Positions 1 through 7,258 of a stretch of 40,859 nt of DNA are shown in pieces. The stretch covers positions 1-40,859 of the IMG/VR virus record IMGVR_UViG_3300010034_000001. One strand, given 5' to 3'. Position 1 is the stretch's first letter. The number at the start of each line of letters is the position of its first letter. Origin of the DNA: a virus. Both the position numbers and the translations under genes were made by a program. The notes below the pieces were generated by a model. The model did no database searches. It saw nothing but the letters and a program-made list of their open reading frames with translations, and was not told the DNA's origin.

Positions 1-123
1 CACATTCATACGTTATTTTGTCTTCGTATTTTAAAGGACTGATGCCAATTACGGTTTTTAGTCCAATTAATTCGGCTGTTCGCTTAATGCTATGCTCTAA
101 CAGTTTTTTAATTGATTGTAAAG
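1..123. repeat. Terminal direct repeat / circular-assembly overlap, identical to 40737..40859
   Basis: Base-by-base comparison gives 123/123 identity with the last 123 nt of the window. A minus-strand ORF crosses the junction in frame. Confidence 0.95.
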
Positions 124-379
124 ATTCCAATCTTTGCTCTTCAGTTTGATTCAACAGAAACATTTGATTAAAAGGATAAAAATTATTCTTGCTGGGAATG
201 ACTTCGAATTTTATCTGAATGGGATCTTCAGCACTTTCAGTATCGCGCCAATTGTCAAATAAATGCGCTATGGCTTGCCAGGTTCCTAGTATTAATTTAG
301 CATCTAGTTGTTTTGTATTGGCTACACTAAAATAAAATTCTCCATATTTGTCTATTTCAAATATTGCTAATTTAGACAT
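1..379 (-). CDS. Membrane protein, long paralog: N-terminal part of a wrap-around gene that continues at 40228..40736
   Basis: ATG at 379-377 is preceded by AGGTGGAGATGACA. Manual translation MSKLAIFEIDKYGEFYF... stays open to position 1, and the frame matches the ORF ending at 40228 (888 nt, about 295 aa in total). The N-terminal domain is paralogous to 448..1098. Confidence 0.8.
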   Translation of the reverse strand, partial: MSKLAIFEIDKYGEFYFSVANTKQLDAKLILGTWQAIAHLFDNWRDTESAEDPIQIKFEVIPSKNNFYPFNQMFLLNQTEEQRLESLQSIKKLLEHSIKRTAELIGLKTVIGISPLKYEDKITYEC

Positions 380-447
380 TGTCATCTCCACCTAATATTG
401 TCCAATTCATATCATATCATATCAAAAAACAAGCAACGGATCAAAAT

Positions 448-1098
448 TTATCCAATTGTTGGAGGTTTAATTATATCTTGAAGGTTTGTTGGCATTGTCT
501 CAATTTTTGATGTATTTAATGATGACAATTCATATATTAAAAATGCACTTAGAAACAGCATTGGTGCCATGCATGAAGCAAGCACAATGGGGCTTAGTGT
601 TAAGATGGTAGTAGCAAGAAAACCAAATGTGGCAAGTACAGCGATAGGAGTTAAAGTACCAAAGCAGATGCCAATCAATTTTTTTACGTCAAGTTTAGCT
701 TGTTTTAAATCTTTCTTTGATAATTCAATAACGCATTCACATGAAAATGTGGATTGATATATATCTTGTATAAAATTGACCTCAATCTTGGGGTTTATCT
801 TAAATGAGTCAGTTGTTAACTTGATTGACTCTTGCACTTTGTCCTTAATTGACTGCAATTCTTGTAAATCTTTAGATGCAAAAAACGACTGATTAAAGGG
901 GTCTGAAATATCATTAGTAGGAAGAATTATAAATTTTATTTGAATAGGGTCTTGAGTATTTTCAACTTTGTGCCAATTGTCAAATAAATGCGCTATGGTC
1001 TTCCAAGTTTTTAGAATTAGTGTTTGATGTAGCTTATCTTGCTTGCCTGATTCAAAATAAAATTCCAAATCATCGTTTGTTTCTGTTAACTTAGACAT
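448..1098 (-). CDS. Membrane protein, short paralog of the wrap-around gene (soluble N-domain plus two TM helices)
   Basis: ATG at 1098 follows GGTGGAGATAACA, so the track start at 1110 (GTG) is probably too far upstream. It shares motifs with the neighbour: ILxTWxxIAHLFDNW, DPIQIKF, PFNQ, ECVI..SKKDL.QAK. The C-terminus has two TM segments. Confidence 0.8.
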   Translation of the reverse strand: MSKLTETNDDLEFYFESGKQDKLHQTLILKTWKTIAHLFDNWHKVENTQDPIQIKFIILPTNDISDPFNQSFFASKDLQELQSIKDKVQESIKLTTDSFKINPKIEVNFIQDIYQSTFSCECVIELSKKDLKQAKLDVKKLIGICFGTLTPIAVLATFGFLATTILTLSPIVLASCMAPMLFLSAFLIYELSSLNTSKIETMPTNLQDIIKPPTIG

Positions 1099-1188
1099 TG
1101 TTATCTCCACCTAATATTGTCTAAATCGTATCTTATCAAAAAATGTACAATAGGTCAAGAAATATACTATTTATGGTGATATTTTAAC

Positions 1189-1476
1189 TTACGAGGAATT
1201 CTTTTTTGCGTCATACCAATGAAGTTTAAAATTATTATCTACTATAGCAATTCTGTTGCATTTTGGACATTTATAAGCTTCGGTAGAATTATCTACAATT
1301 TGAATTTCTAATTCAATTAGAAAGTCATCTGGATCAACTATACCCTCACTTTCAATTTTAATCATTTTATCTACAGCTAATTGTAGTGACCTATCAGTTA
1401 TAAAAAAATATTTGTCCGGACATGGATCCAGAATAGTCGAAATTATCCATCCGCAAGGACAGTAAACTTTACCCAT
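1189..1476 (-). CDS. Small zinc-ribbon-like protein
   Basis: 95-aa ORF with CPCG near the N-terminus and CPKC near the C-terminus. Its start lies 5 nt after the stop of the upstream gene. Confidence 0.6.
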   Translation of the reverse strand: MGKVYCPCGWIISTILDPCPDKYFFITDRSLQLAVDKMIKIESEGIVDPDDFLIELEIQIVDNSTEAYKCPKCNRIAIVDNNFKLHWYDAKKNSS

Positions 1477-1480
1477 TTAG

Positions 1481-1645
1481 TTACTTTTTAAATCGTTGTT
1501 CAGTGTTTTTTGGATTTAATTTAGTTGTTCCATGCTCAATCATTAACAATTTTACAAAAGTTTTAGTCATTGGAAATGCTTCTTGAGCTTCTGGATTATT
1601 GATTAAAGCTGACACTACATCTACGATTTCATCGTCAATCTTCAT
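1481..1645 (-). CDS. Hypothetical small protein (54 aa, below the ORF-track cutoff)
   Basis: Manual translation gives MKIDDEIVDVVSALINNPEAQEAF...KK*. GTGGAG lies 5-6 nt upstream of the ATG at 1645. Confidence 0.5.
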   Translation of the reverse strand: MKIDDEIVDVVSALINNPEAQEAFPMTKTFVKLLMIEHGTTKLNPKNTEQRFKK

Positions 1646-1658
1646 ATTTGCTCCACTT

Positions 1659-1686
1659 AATGGTGATTACTCTGATAATCACCATT
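1659..1686. promoter_or_regulatory. Perfect 11-bp inverted repeat (AATGGTGATTA-N6-TAATCACCATT) between two early genes
   Basis: Read directly from the sequence. It sits immediately upstream of the RBS of the 1481..1645 gene. Confidence 0.5.
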
Positions 1687-1751
1687 ATTTGTTTTGTAAT
1701 ATTTCTATAAGATGGTTAATTGCGTTAAATGTGTTTTTGTTTAATTCGTGC

Positions 1752-2138
1752 TCAGCCTTCCAAAGTTCTAGTAAATTTCGCTGTCCTAAATTTTGGATGA
1801 AGTTCTAAATTTGCGCTTATCTTTTGCAATATTGATTGCTTAATTTTGTAAAAGTTTTCATATACCAATAAGTGTTCATCTTCTGCAGTATACGAATAAA
1901 AAGGTTGTTTTAGGGCAAGCAAACAACTTATAAACTCTAGCTCTTCCTTTGTAAATTTTATGTCATCACTTTTTTGACCTTCTTGTATAATTTCTTCACT
2001 AGTTTTTTTGCAAACTTTTATAAGACTATCAAGCTGTTTTTCATGGAATGCTTGTCGTTCTTCCCAGGAATCTCCAATGCCTGCGTCTTTATACATTTGT
2101 TCAATTATTGTAATTTTAGTATCGTTATCACTGCTCAT
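1752..2138 (-). CDS. Hypothetical early protein (128 aa, starts MSSDN)
   Basis: ORF in the minus-strand operon. Its start is embedded in the conserved junction AATGAGCAGTGAT. Confidence 0.65.
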   Translation of the reverse strand: MSSDNDTKITIIEQMYKDAGIGDSWEERQAFHEKQLDSLIKVCKKTSEEIIQEGQKSDDIKFTKEELEFISCLLALKQPFYSYTAEDEHLLVYENFYKIKQSILQKISANLELHPKFRTAKFTRTLEG

Positions 2139-2316
2139 TGTTCATATATTCCTTAACACGCTGTTCTAACATATTAATTTTATCAATTATTTTAAATCTT
2201 TCTGCCTGTTCATGCTCAAGTCTACCCTGAATAATAGTTACACTTTGCGCTAGAAAATTAACTCTTTGATTAATGAGACTTAATTTCTGCTCTATTGATA
2301 AATCATCACTGCTCAT
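2128..2316 (-). CDS. Hypothetical early protein (62 aa, coiled-coil-like)
   Basis: ORF starts MSSDD and ends NEQ*. Both ends lie in copies of the conserved junction motif. Confidence 0.6.
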   Translation of the reverse strand: MSSDDLSIEQKLSLINQRVNFLAQSVTIIQGRLEHEQAERFKIIDKINMLEQRVKEYMNNEQ

Positions 2317-2680
2317 TGCTTGCAGTCTCTTGTGCGTATTTAAGGGAATCTTGTAATGAATTGATTATTGCAGATTTTTCATCATCAAACTCTACCTGTG
2401 GTATATTTGAAAAAAAATCTTGGTATAACTTTAATTTAATTAGTTCATATATTTGTATTATTTTATAAAAATATTTTGATTTTTCATCTTCATCATTCAT
2501 TTTTGCATCAATGGCTTCTATTCTAATATCAAAAATCGCACTATTAAAGCTGTCAATTATTGCACCAAGCAATTCTCCAGATTTATGATTAGGATCTTTA
2601 TCAACTGTCTCGGTTTCATTTAAAAAACCATTAATACAATCGATTACTGCTTTAAATATTATTTTGTCATCACTGCTCAT
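2306..2680 (-). CDS. Hypothetical acidic early protein (124 aa)
   Basis: I place the start at the internal ATG (2680, MSSDDKIIF) because it sits in the same junction motif as its neighbours. The track start at 2716 overlaps the upstream gene. Confidence 0.6.
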   Translation of the reverse strand: MSSDDKIIFKAVIDCINGFLNETETVDKDPNHKSGELLGAIIDSFNSAIFDIRIEAIDAKMNDEDEKSKYFYKIIQIYELIKLKLYQDFFSNIPQVEFDDEKSAIINSLQDSLKYAQETASNEQ

Positions 2681-2981
2681 TTTTATACCATTTTGTAAGA
2701 ACATCATTTGGGTCATCTTTTGTGATTTTTATCATGATTTCTCTGTCAATACTATTTGGTTTACTTGTGGTTGTAATAGTTCCATATAATTTACTGATTC
2801 CACCAGTAAGCTCAGCAAGTTCGGTAATTTCTGAATGTATTAGTTTATTAATTAGACCTTCTAGTCCTTCAGGAAATGATTCAAAAAGCGTTAAATTGTC
2901 AAATTTATCATCGTCATCTTGTTCTACATTATGTGCACTTTGTAAATATGCTTGCAATCCATCAATCTTATTGATGCTCAT
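2670..2981 (-). CDS. Hypothetical acidic early protein (103 aa)
   Basis: ORF MSINKIDGLQ... contains a DDDD run and ends NEQ* in the junction motif. Confidence 0.6.
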   Translation of the reverse strand: MSINKIDGLQAYLQSAHNVEQDDDDKFDNLTLFESFPEGLEGLINKLIHSEITELAELTGGISKLYGTITTTSKPNSIDREIMIKITKDDPNDVLTKWYKNEQ

Positions 2982-3138
2982 TGTTTTTTAAATCCTTTAT
3001 TTTATTTTCTAAAAGTGTGACACGCTCGTCTAATAACTCAAAACATTTAATTGCACGCTGCTCAAATGAGGGGAAAGCATCTTCTAGTGCCTCATCAAGA
3101 AATTTTTCAATATCATCTAATTCTTTGTCATTGTTCAC
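2968..3138 (-). CDS. Hypothetical small protein (56 aa, GTG start, below the track cutoff)
   Basis: Manual translation gives (V/M)NNDKELDDIEKFLDEALEDAFPSFEQRAIKCFELLDERVTLLENKIKDLKNNEHQ*. The GTG overlaps the upstream stop as GTGA, with GGAGCAAACA upstream. The 3' end overlaps the next start in an AATGAGCA-type junction. Confidence 0.5.
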   Translation of the reverse strand: MNNDKELDDIEKFLDEALEDAFPSFEQRAIKCFELLDERVTLLENKIKDLKNNEHQ

Positions 3139-3404
3139 TGTTTGCTCCTTGTTTGCGCATGATGCCTCAATGTCTTCACTAAATCATCTGCCATATATTG
3201 ATGAAATTTTTCAACAATTTGTCGATGCTTGGGGTTGTTCATGATAGCGTGCTTTGACTCCCTATGTATTAGCAAGCGATGCAAATTCTCAATAATAAAC
3301 TGTAGCCTTCTATCATTCAAAAATTTTTCAGGATGTTTAGTTGCAAGTACTGCCGCAAGTGCATCAAATATGAACTCGTAGGATTCTAAGTTGTGATTAT
3401 TCAT
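3135..3404 (-). CDS. Hypothetical early protein (89 aa)
   Basis: The ORF start overlaps the bet stop (ATGAATAA). Confidence 0.6.
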   Translation of the reverse strand: MNNHNLESYEFIFDALAAVLATKHPEKFLNDRRLQFIIENLHRLLIHRESKHAIMNNPKHRQIVEKFHQYMADDLVKTLRHHAQTRSKQ

Positions 3405-4065
3405 TAGCTATCTCCCCTGTGTCTTCATCAAATACAACGCCATCTAATGCGTCACTTAATGCATCGGCCTTGGTTTCGTAAACTTTAGTGCCGTTTGACT
3501 GTGGTTTTGCAGTTGCCTCAATAATGTTGCGTCCTTCATCTGGGTCATAAATGCCTGAGAAACCAAATGCTACACGCGCGCATTGAATAAGCGCTCTGTG
3601 TCGAAGCATACGCATTGGTTGTTGTTTCCAATTATTCTTGTTTCTAAAAACCTCCTTGAAATATTCACGGACAATGATTGGATGCGTTAAATCCTTACGG
3701 TAGATAACAGCTTCCATCCACTCACAACAGGTAACACCTCCTACTTCAACTGTTGTATCTGACGTCCTAAACTCAACGCCATCAAACTGTGCCTGTCTGT
3801 TTATCATCGTAATCCAGCCATCGACACCGACAATTGGTACAATCCCTTCCCCATTAGAAAAAGCATAAATTTCTTTAGTAAAAGGATTAAGGTTGTATTC
3901 ATTGGCAACGGCAAGCAAACTAATCATTTGCTCATTTGTAATATCACGAACAGTACTAAATGCTGTTTTTTTCAGCACTGACATGACATTGGCTGGCTCA
4001 ATCTCATAGCGTTCGCCAAATGTCTTAAGCAGCGAGGGCTTATCTCTTGTGGCTATCTGGTTCAT
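3397..4065 (-). CDS. bet: Single-strand annealing protein, lambda Bet (Red-beta) family
   Basis: Matches my recollection of lambda Bet blocks: NLNPFTKEIYAF, GIVPIVGVDGW, FDG, MRMLRHRALIQCARVAFGFSGIYDPDE. I place the start at ATG 4065, behind GAAAGGAGGAAACC. Confidence 0.9.
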   Translation of the reverse strand: MNQIATRDKPSLLKTFGERYEIEPANVMSVLKKTAFSTVRDITNEQMISLLAVANEYNLNPFTKEIYAFSNGEGIVPIVGVDGWITMINRQAQFDGVEFRTSDTTVEVGGVTCCEWMEAVIYRKDLTHPIIVREYFKEVFRNKNNWKQQPMRMLRHRALIQCARVAFGFSGIYDPDEGRNIIEATAKPQSNGTKVYETKADALSDALDGVVFDEDTGEIANE

Positions 4066-4339
4066 GGTTTCCTCCTTTCGCACGTTTTACTATTTCTGTA
4101 GACCGACTACTCAACTTGGTTTTCGTGCGAAAGAGGACTTTCTTTAGCCAAGCAATCGGTCTACAGTAACAGTAGATTAGTGCATAAATGAATGAACCTA
4201 TTAAATTAGCATTAAATATGGTTAAAAATGGGTATTTTATATCAACACTTGTATAAGCCAAGCAGACAAATATTATAGCGTTTATAGTGCCCACAATAAG
4301 CACACTCTCAAAAAACGCATCTATAAAATTTTTACTCAT
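4040..4339 (-). CDS. Small membrane protein (99 aa)
   Basis: Two to three hydrophobic segments and a basic tail. ATGA overlap with the upstream gene. Its 3' end overlaps the bet start. Confidence 0.55.
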   Translation of the reverse strand: MSKNFIDAFFESVLIVGTINAIIFVCLAYTSVDIKYPFLTIFNANLIGSFIYALIYCYCRPIAWLKKVLFRTKTKLSSRSTEIVKRAKGGNHEPDSHKR

Positions 4340-4539
4340 CTGTATATCCGCCTGAACAAACTGCTTATTAATGTGATAAATACAAACAAATTAAAATTAA
4401 AGAGCAATATTACCCATGCAACCGCCAAAGGTGATAAATCAGCTAACAGCTCTTTACCACCCAATAGCGCTATGATAATGTTGATAAGCAGGACAGTGAT
4501 TAAATTGGTAAATTCCTTGATCTGAACAAAGCTGTTCAC
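4336..4539 (-). CDS. Small membrane protein (67 aa, GTG start)
   Basis: Two hydrophobic helices. GGGAGGG lies 7 nt upstream of the GTG. Confidence 0.55.
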   Translation of the reverse strand: MNSFVQIKEFTNLITVLLINIIIALLGGKELLADLSPLAVAWVILLFNFNLFVFITLISSLFRRIYR

Positions 4540-4553
4540 TGTCCTGCCCTCCC

Positions 4554-5456
4554 CTATTTCACCCTAAAATATCTAGATTGTGATTTTTTAAGATATTGTT
4601 TATATAAATCCGGATGTTCTTTGCGAAAATGCTTTGTATCAAAACGGTTTGTTGTTACAGGCTTCCAAGTTACAAGCTCGTTGTAGTCCTCGTCCACCAA
4701 AACTGTATGGTCTTTTAATGTCATACAAAGCAAGTTTTTCATTTGTTCTTTGCGGTGCTCAAGATTTTTTATGTCTTTTTCTATCTTTTTTAATGCATCG
4801 ATAATTTCTAAATCAAACTCAATTTCAGTGCTTACAAGCGGCTTACTGTCACGTCCCGTATAGATTTTACTGATATCACCATTGGTCTGTATTTTGGGCG
4901 GTTTATTCTTTAAGATGTGGGTTTCCCAAAAATATTGTTCTTTTTCAATAATTTTGGCTTCAAGTGAGGTATCACGTTCATAAACATAAAGCTTAGGAAA
5001 AGCACCACCTATGCTGACATAGATATAAACAATGCTTGCATCCATTACAGCACAGTAATGCGCACACTGTAACAAATATTCAGTTGGTATATTATCGCTA
5101 CCTTCGTCACCCCATTCGCTACCTCTGGAGGCAGTCTTTATTTCTATAACTGCTTTTTCTGATTCTATCCAGCCATCAAGGTTGGCAATCATCCATGAGT
5201 TTTCTGGGTGTCTGTAGGTGTCTGTTGGTTGTATAACCTCTTTGTCATATTCTTTAGCAAAGATATTACAGATAACAGGTTCTACCTCAATGCCCCACTT
5301 CATTTGTTTGGTGGGTTCAACAAAACTAACCGTATCTGATGTCTTATCAAGATAGACATCTATGGGCGTTTTGTATTTGCTCATGCCGAATATGGCGGCA
5401 ACGTCACTGCCGCCTATACCTGTTTTGCGTTCACGTAATTGTTTTTCAGTTAACAT
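4554..5456 (-). CDS. exo: YqaJ / lambda-Exo-type alkaline exonuclease (PD-(D/E)XK)
   Basis: N-terminal RERKTGIGGSDVAAIFGMSKYKTPIDVY is typical of YqaJ recombinase exonucleases, and an EIKT motif is present. The start at ATG 5456 is preceded by AAGGAGGT. The gene is paired with bet. Confidence 0.85.
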   Translation of the reverse strand: MLTEKQLRERKTGIGGSDVAAIFGMSKYKTPIDVYLDKTSDTVSFVEPTKQMKWGIEVEPVICNIFAKEYDKEVIQPTDTYRHPENSWMIANLDGWIESEKAVIEIKTASRGSEWGDEGSDNIPTEYLLQCAHYCAVMDASIVYIYVSIGGAFPKLYVYERDTSLEAKIIEKEQYFWETHILKNKPPKIQTNGDISKIYTGRDSKPLVSTEIEFDLEIIDALKKIEKDIKNLEHRKEQMKNLLCMTLKDHTVLVDEDYNELVTWKPVTTNRFDTKHFRKEHPDLYKQYLKKSQSRYFRVK

Positions 5457-5469
5457 TGTAACCTCCTTG

Positions 5470-5826
5470 TTACTGTAATGGGTTTGAGATATATTGCCGT
5501 TCATACAACTGTTTGTATGTCCGAAAGTCTTCATTAATTAATTTAATGATGTACCATATAAATTCATCAAATAACTCCTCGGCAATGAGCTTAGGATTAT
5601 GGTCTGTTTTAACAGCTATTTTAAGCAGTCGTAGCAATTCTTTTTTGTCATAAGCTTTGCCCGTTGAAAACGCAGTTTCATACTCTTCTATCATATCAGC
5701 GCGCAAAAATAGCAATACTTCTTTTTGGTCTGATGTAAGTTGCTGCCAGTCACTGCGTCCATTAAAAATAATTTGTGATATTAAATTAAAATATAACGGT
5801 TGATTAAATAGTTGGCTAATTTGCAT
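5470..5826 (-). CDS. First gene of the leftward operon, hypothetical (118 aa)
   Basis: The internal ATG at 5826 (MQISQLF...) has AGGAGG 5 nt upstream. The track ATG at 5850 has no SD. Confidence 0.6.
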   Translation of the reverse strand: MQISQLFNQPLYFNLISQIIFNGRSDWQQLTSDQKEVLLFLRADMIEEYETAFSTGKAYDKKELLRLLKIAVKTDHNPKLIAEELFDEFIWYIIKLINEDFRTYKQLYERQYISNPLQ

Positions 5827-5850
5827 AAAGTCCTCCTGAGAAACACTCAT

Positions 5851-5928
5851 GAATCATAGTAGTTCATATAAGCTACCATTGCAAGAAAATGATAGTATTT
5901 TGTCCATAAGTTTTGTACAATCTGTGAC
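5851..5928. promoter_or_regulatory. Divergent early control region between the leftward and rightward operons
   Basis: The strand switch occurs here. On the minus strand, TATGAT lies at 5858-5853. On the plus strand, TACAAT lies at 5916-5921, 7 nt before ATG 5929, and there is no SD, so the mRNA may be leaderless. An imperfect palindrome TAGTAGTTCAT/ATAAGCTACCA lies around 5858-5879. No -35 box is convincing. Confidence 0.45.
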
Positions 5929-6537
5929 ATGGACGAGAATAAAAAAAGCAATAAAATACAATCAACTAAATCAAATGAGCTGGTAACAGTTGCAGAAAGT
6001 CCTGTTGCAGCAGAAGCTCTTCAAAGAGCAATTGATTATTTTGGAAACGTTTTTAGACTTTCAAATAGTGTTGGTTTTAAAAGAAATGGAAATTTTTATG
6101 ACATATTGAGCAGTAAGAAAAGAATTGGGCCGTTGATTGCATTAAAAGTTGAAGCAGCAACAAAAGGTTATGTCAAACGACATGAGTTATGCCCAAACTA
6201 TGACTGGTCGTTGGTACCACCAACGGATTGGTCAAGTATTAACGAAAAGGGAGAACAAACACATATGTATTACACAACACTTGAACATGATGGCGTTAAA
6301 AAAGCGTTTAACAGAGCTGTTGAATATTTTGGCAGTGTGACTGGATTATCACGGGCACTTCAATATGAATCCTGTAGTAGAGTTAGTCAAGTTATCCATG
6401 GCAAAACCAAAGTTGGTCCACTTCTTGCTCTAAAAATTGAAGCACTTACCAAGGGTCATGTGACGCGCCAAGAACTATGCCCCGATTATGATTGGTTAAT
6501 ATTCCCACCGTTTGATTGGTCAAAAAGTGAGTGCTAA
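5929..6537 (+). CDS. Tandem-duplicated Cro/YdaS-like helix-turn-helix DNA-binding protein (two HTH units in one chain)
   Basis: Two roughly 75-aa units align: A..A(I/V)(D/E)YFG.V..LS......(S)......K.(I/V)GPL(I/L)ALK(V/I)EA.TKG(Y/H)V.R.ELCP(N/D)YDW...PP.DWS. The G..V.R.EL.PD ending is typical of the Cro/YdaS family as I recall it. Confidence 0.65.
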   Translation: MDENKKSNKIQSTKSNELVTVAESPVAAEALQRAIDYFGNVFRLSNSVGFKRNGNFYDILSSKKRIGPLIALKVEAATKGYVKRHELCPNYDWSLVPPTDWSSINEKGEQTHMYYTTLEHDGVKKAFNRAVEYFGSVTGLSRALQYESCSRVSQVIHGKTKVGPLLALKIEALTKGHVTRQELCPDYDWLIFPPFDWSKSEC

Positions 6538-6540
6538 CTA

Positions 6541-6795
6541 ATGGAAAATGACGAATTAAAAAAATATATTGATGAAAAATTTAAAACCATGGAAGTTGCA
6601 ATTGGGCATGATTTGCGTGCAATTGAAAAAATAGCCGACTCTCGAATTGGTGAAATATTGAGAATCCAAATTGAAATGCAGGTTAAAATTTTCGCAATAA
6701 GTCAACGGGTATTCTTTTTATTAAAGAAATTCGAGGTTAATGACGAGTTTGTAGATTACTTGTATGAAAAGGGAATGACCGATGATTCCCTCTGA
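6541..6795 (+). CDS. Hypothetical protein (84 aa, helical)
   Basis: ORF begins 4 nt after the preceding stop. Confidence 0.55.
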   Translation: MENDELKKYIDEKFKTMEVAIGHDLRAIEKIADSRIGEILRIQIEMQVKIFAISQRVFFLLKKFEVNDEFVDYLYEKGMTDDSL

Positions 6796-7030
6796 GAGCC
6801 AAATAAACGGCCGCTGAGCGGTTTTTAGGCTATGGCATATCAAACCATTACCCTACCCTAAATATGCCCGTCATCGGTTTCATTTTAAACATGCTTTGTA
6901 AGGCATTTTAAAATACCATGGCGGGCTTAATTTTTCCTTAATGTGATTTATCGGCTTCAAGATAAAAATTAACTGATGATTAAATTTGGACGGTTTAAAG
7001 CGATGTTTGAGAATGAGTGAAGTTGCTTGG

Positions 7031-7130
7031 CCTCAAACGTCCTTTTCAAGGCCAAGCAGCCAGGTTTGAACATCCTGTCTAGAACTAAGCAACTAGATTT
7101 TAACATCCTGTTCAAAATCAAGCCGCTCAG
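7031..7130. repeat. Three tandem degenerate 33-34-nt direct repeats
   Basis: The units are 7031-7063, 7064-7096 and 7097-7130, with core AAC(A/G)TCCT(G/T)T...AAGC..C(T/C).AG recurring at an exact 33-nt period (7036, 7069, 7102). R1 and R2 match at about 26 of 34 positions by eye. Confidence 0.8.
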
Positions 7131-7258
7131 ATGATCAATCCGTATACCCTGAGCGACTAGAATATTACCAAACAAAAAATGTACAGTCAAGCTTTTATAC
7201 ATGATTTCGTATAATTTTTTTCTTGCATCGTTCTTTTAATTTTGTTAGATCTTAAATT

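Noticed and set aside
7031-7130. CRISPR array or type III toxin-antitoxin (ToxI-like) repeat RNA
   Set aside because: The repeats are contiguous with no spacers, only three copies exist and they are about 25% diverged. No adjacent endoribonuclease-like toxin gene or cas gene is present; the nearest downstream ORF is 420 nt away.
6969-7202. 77-aa minus-strand ORF in the coding desert
   Set aside because: It has no SD and an odd composition. Its internal peptide repeats (LNRMLKS / LDRMFKP / LKRTFEA) simply mirror the 33-nt DNA tandem repeats, so it is probably an accidental open frame.
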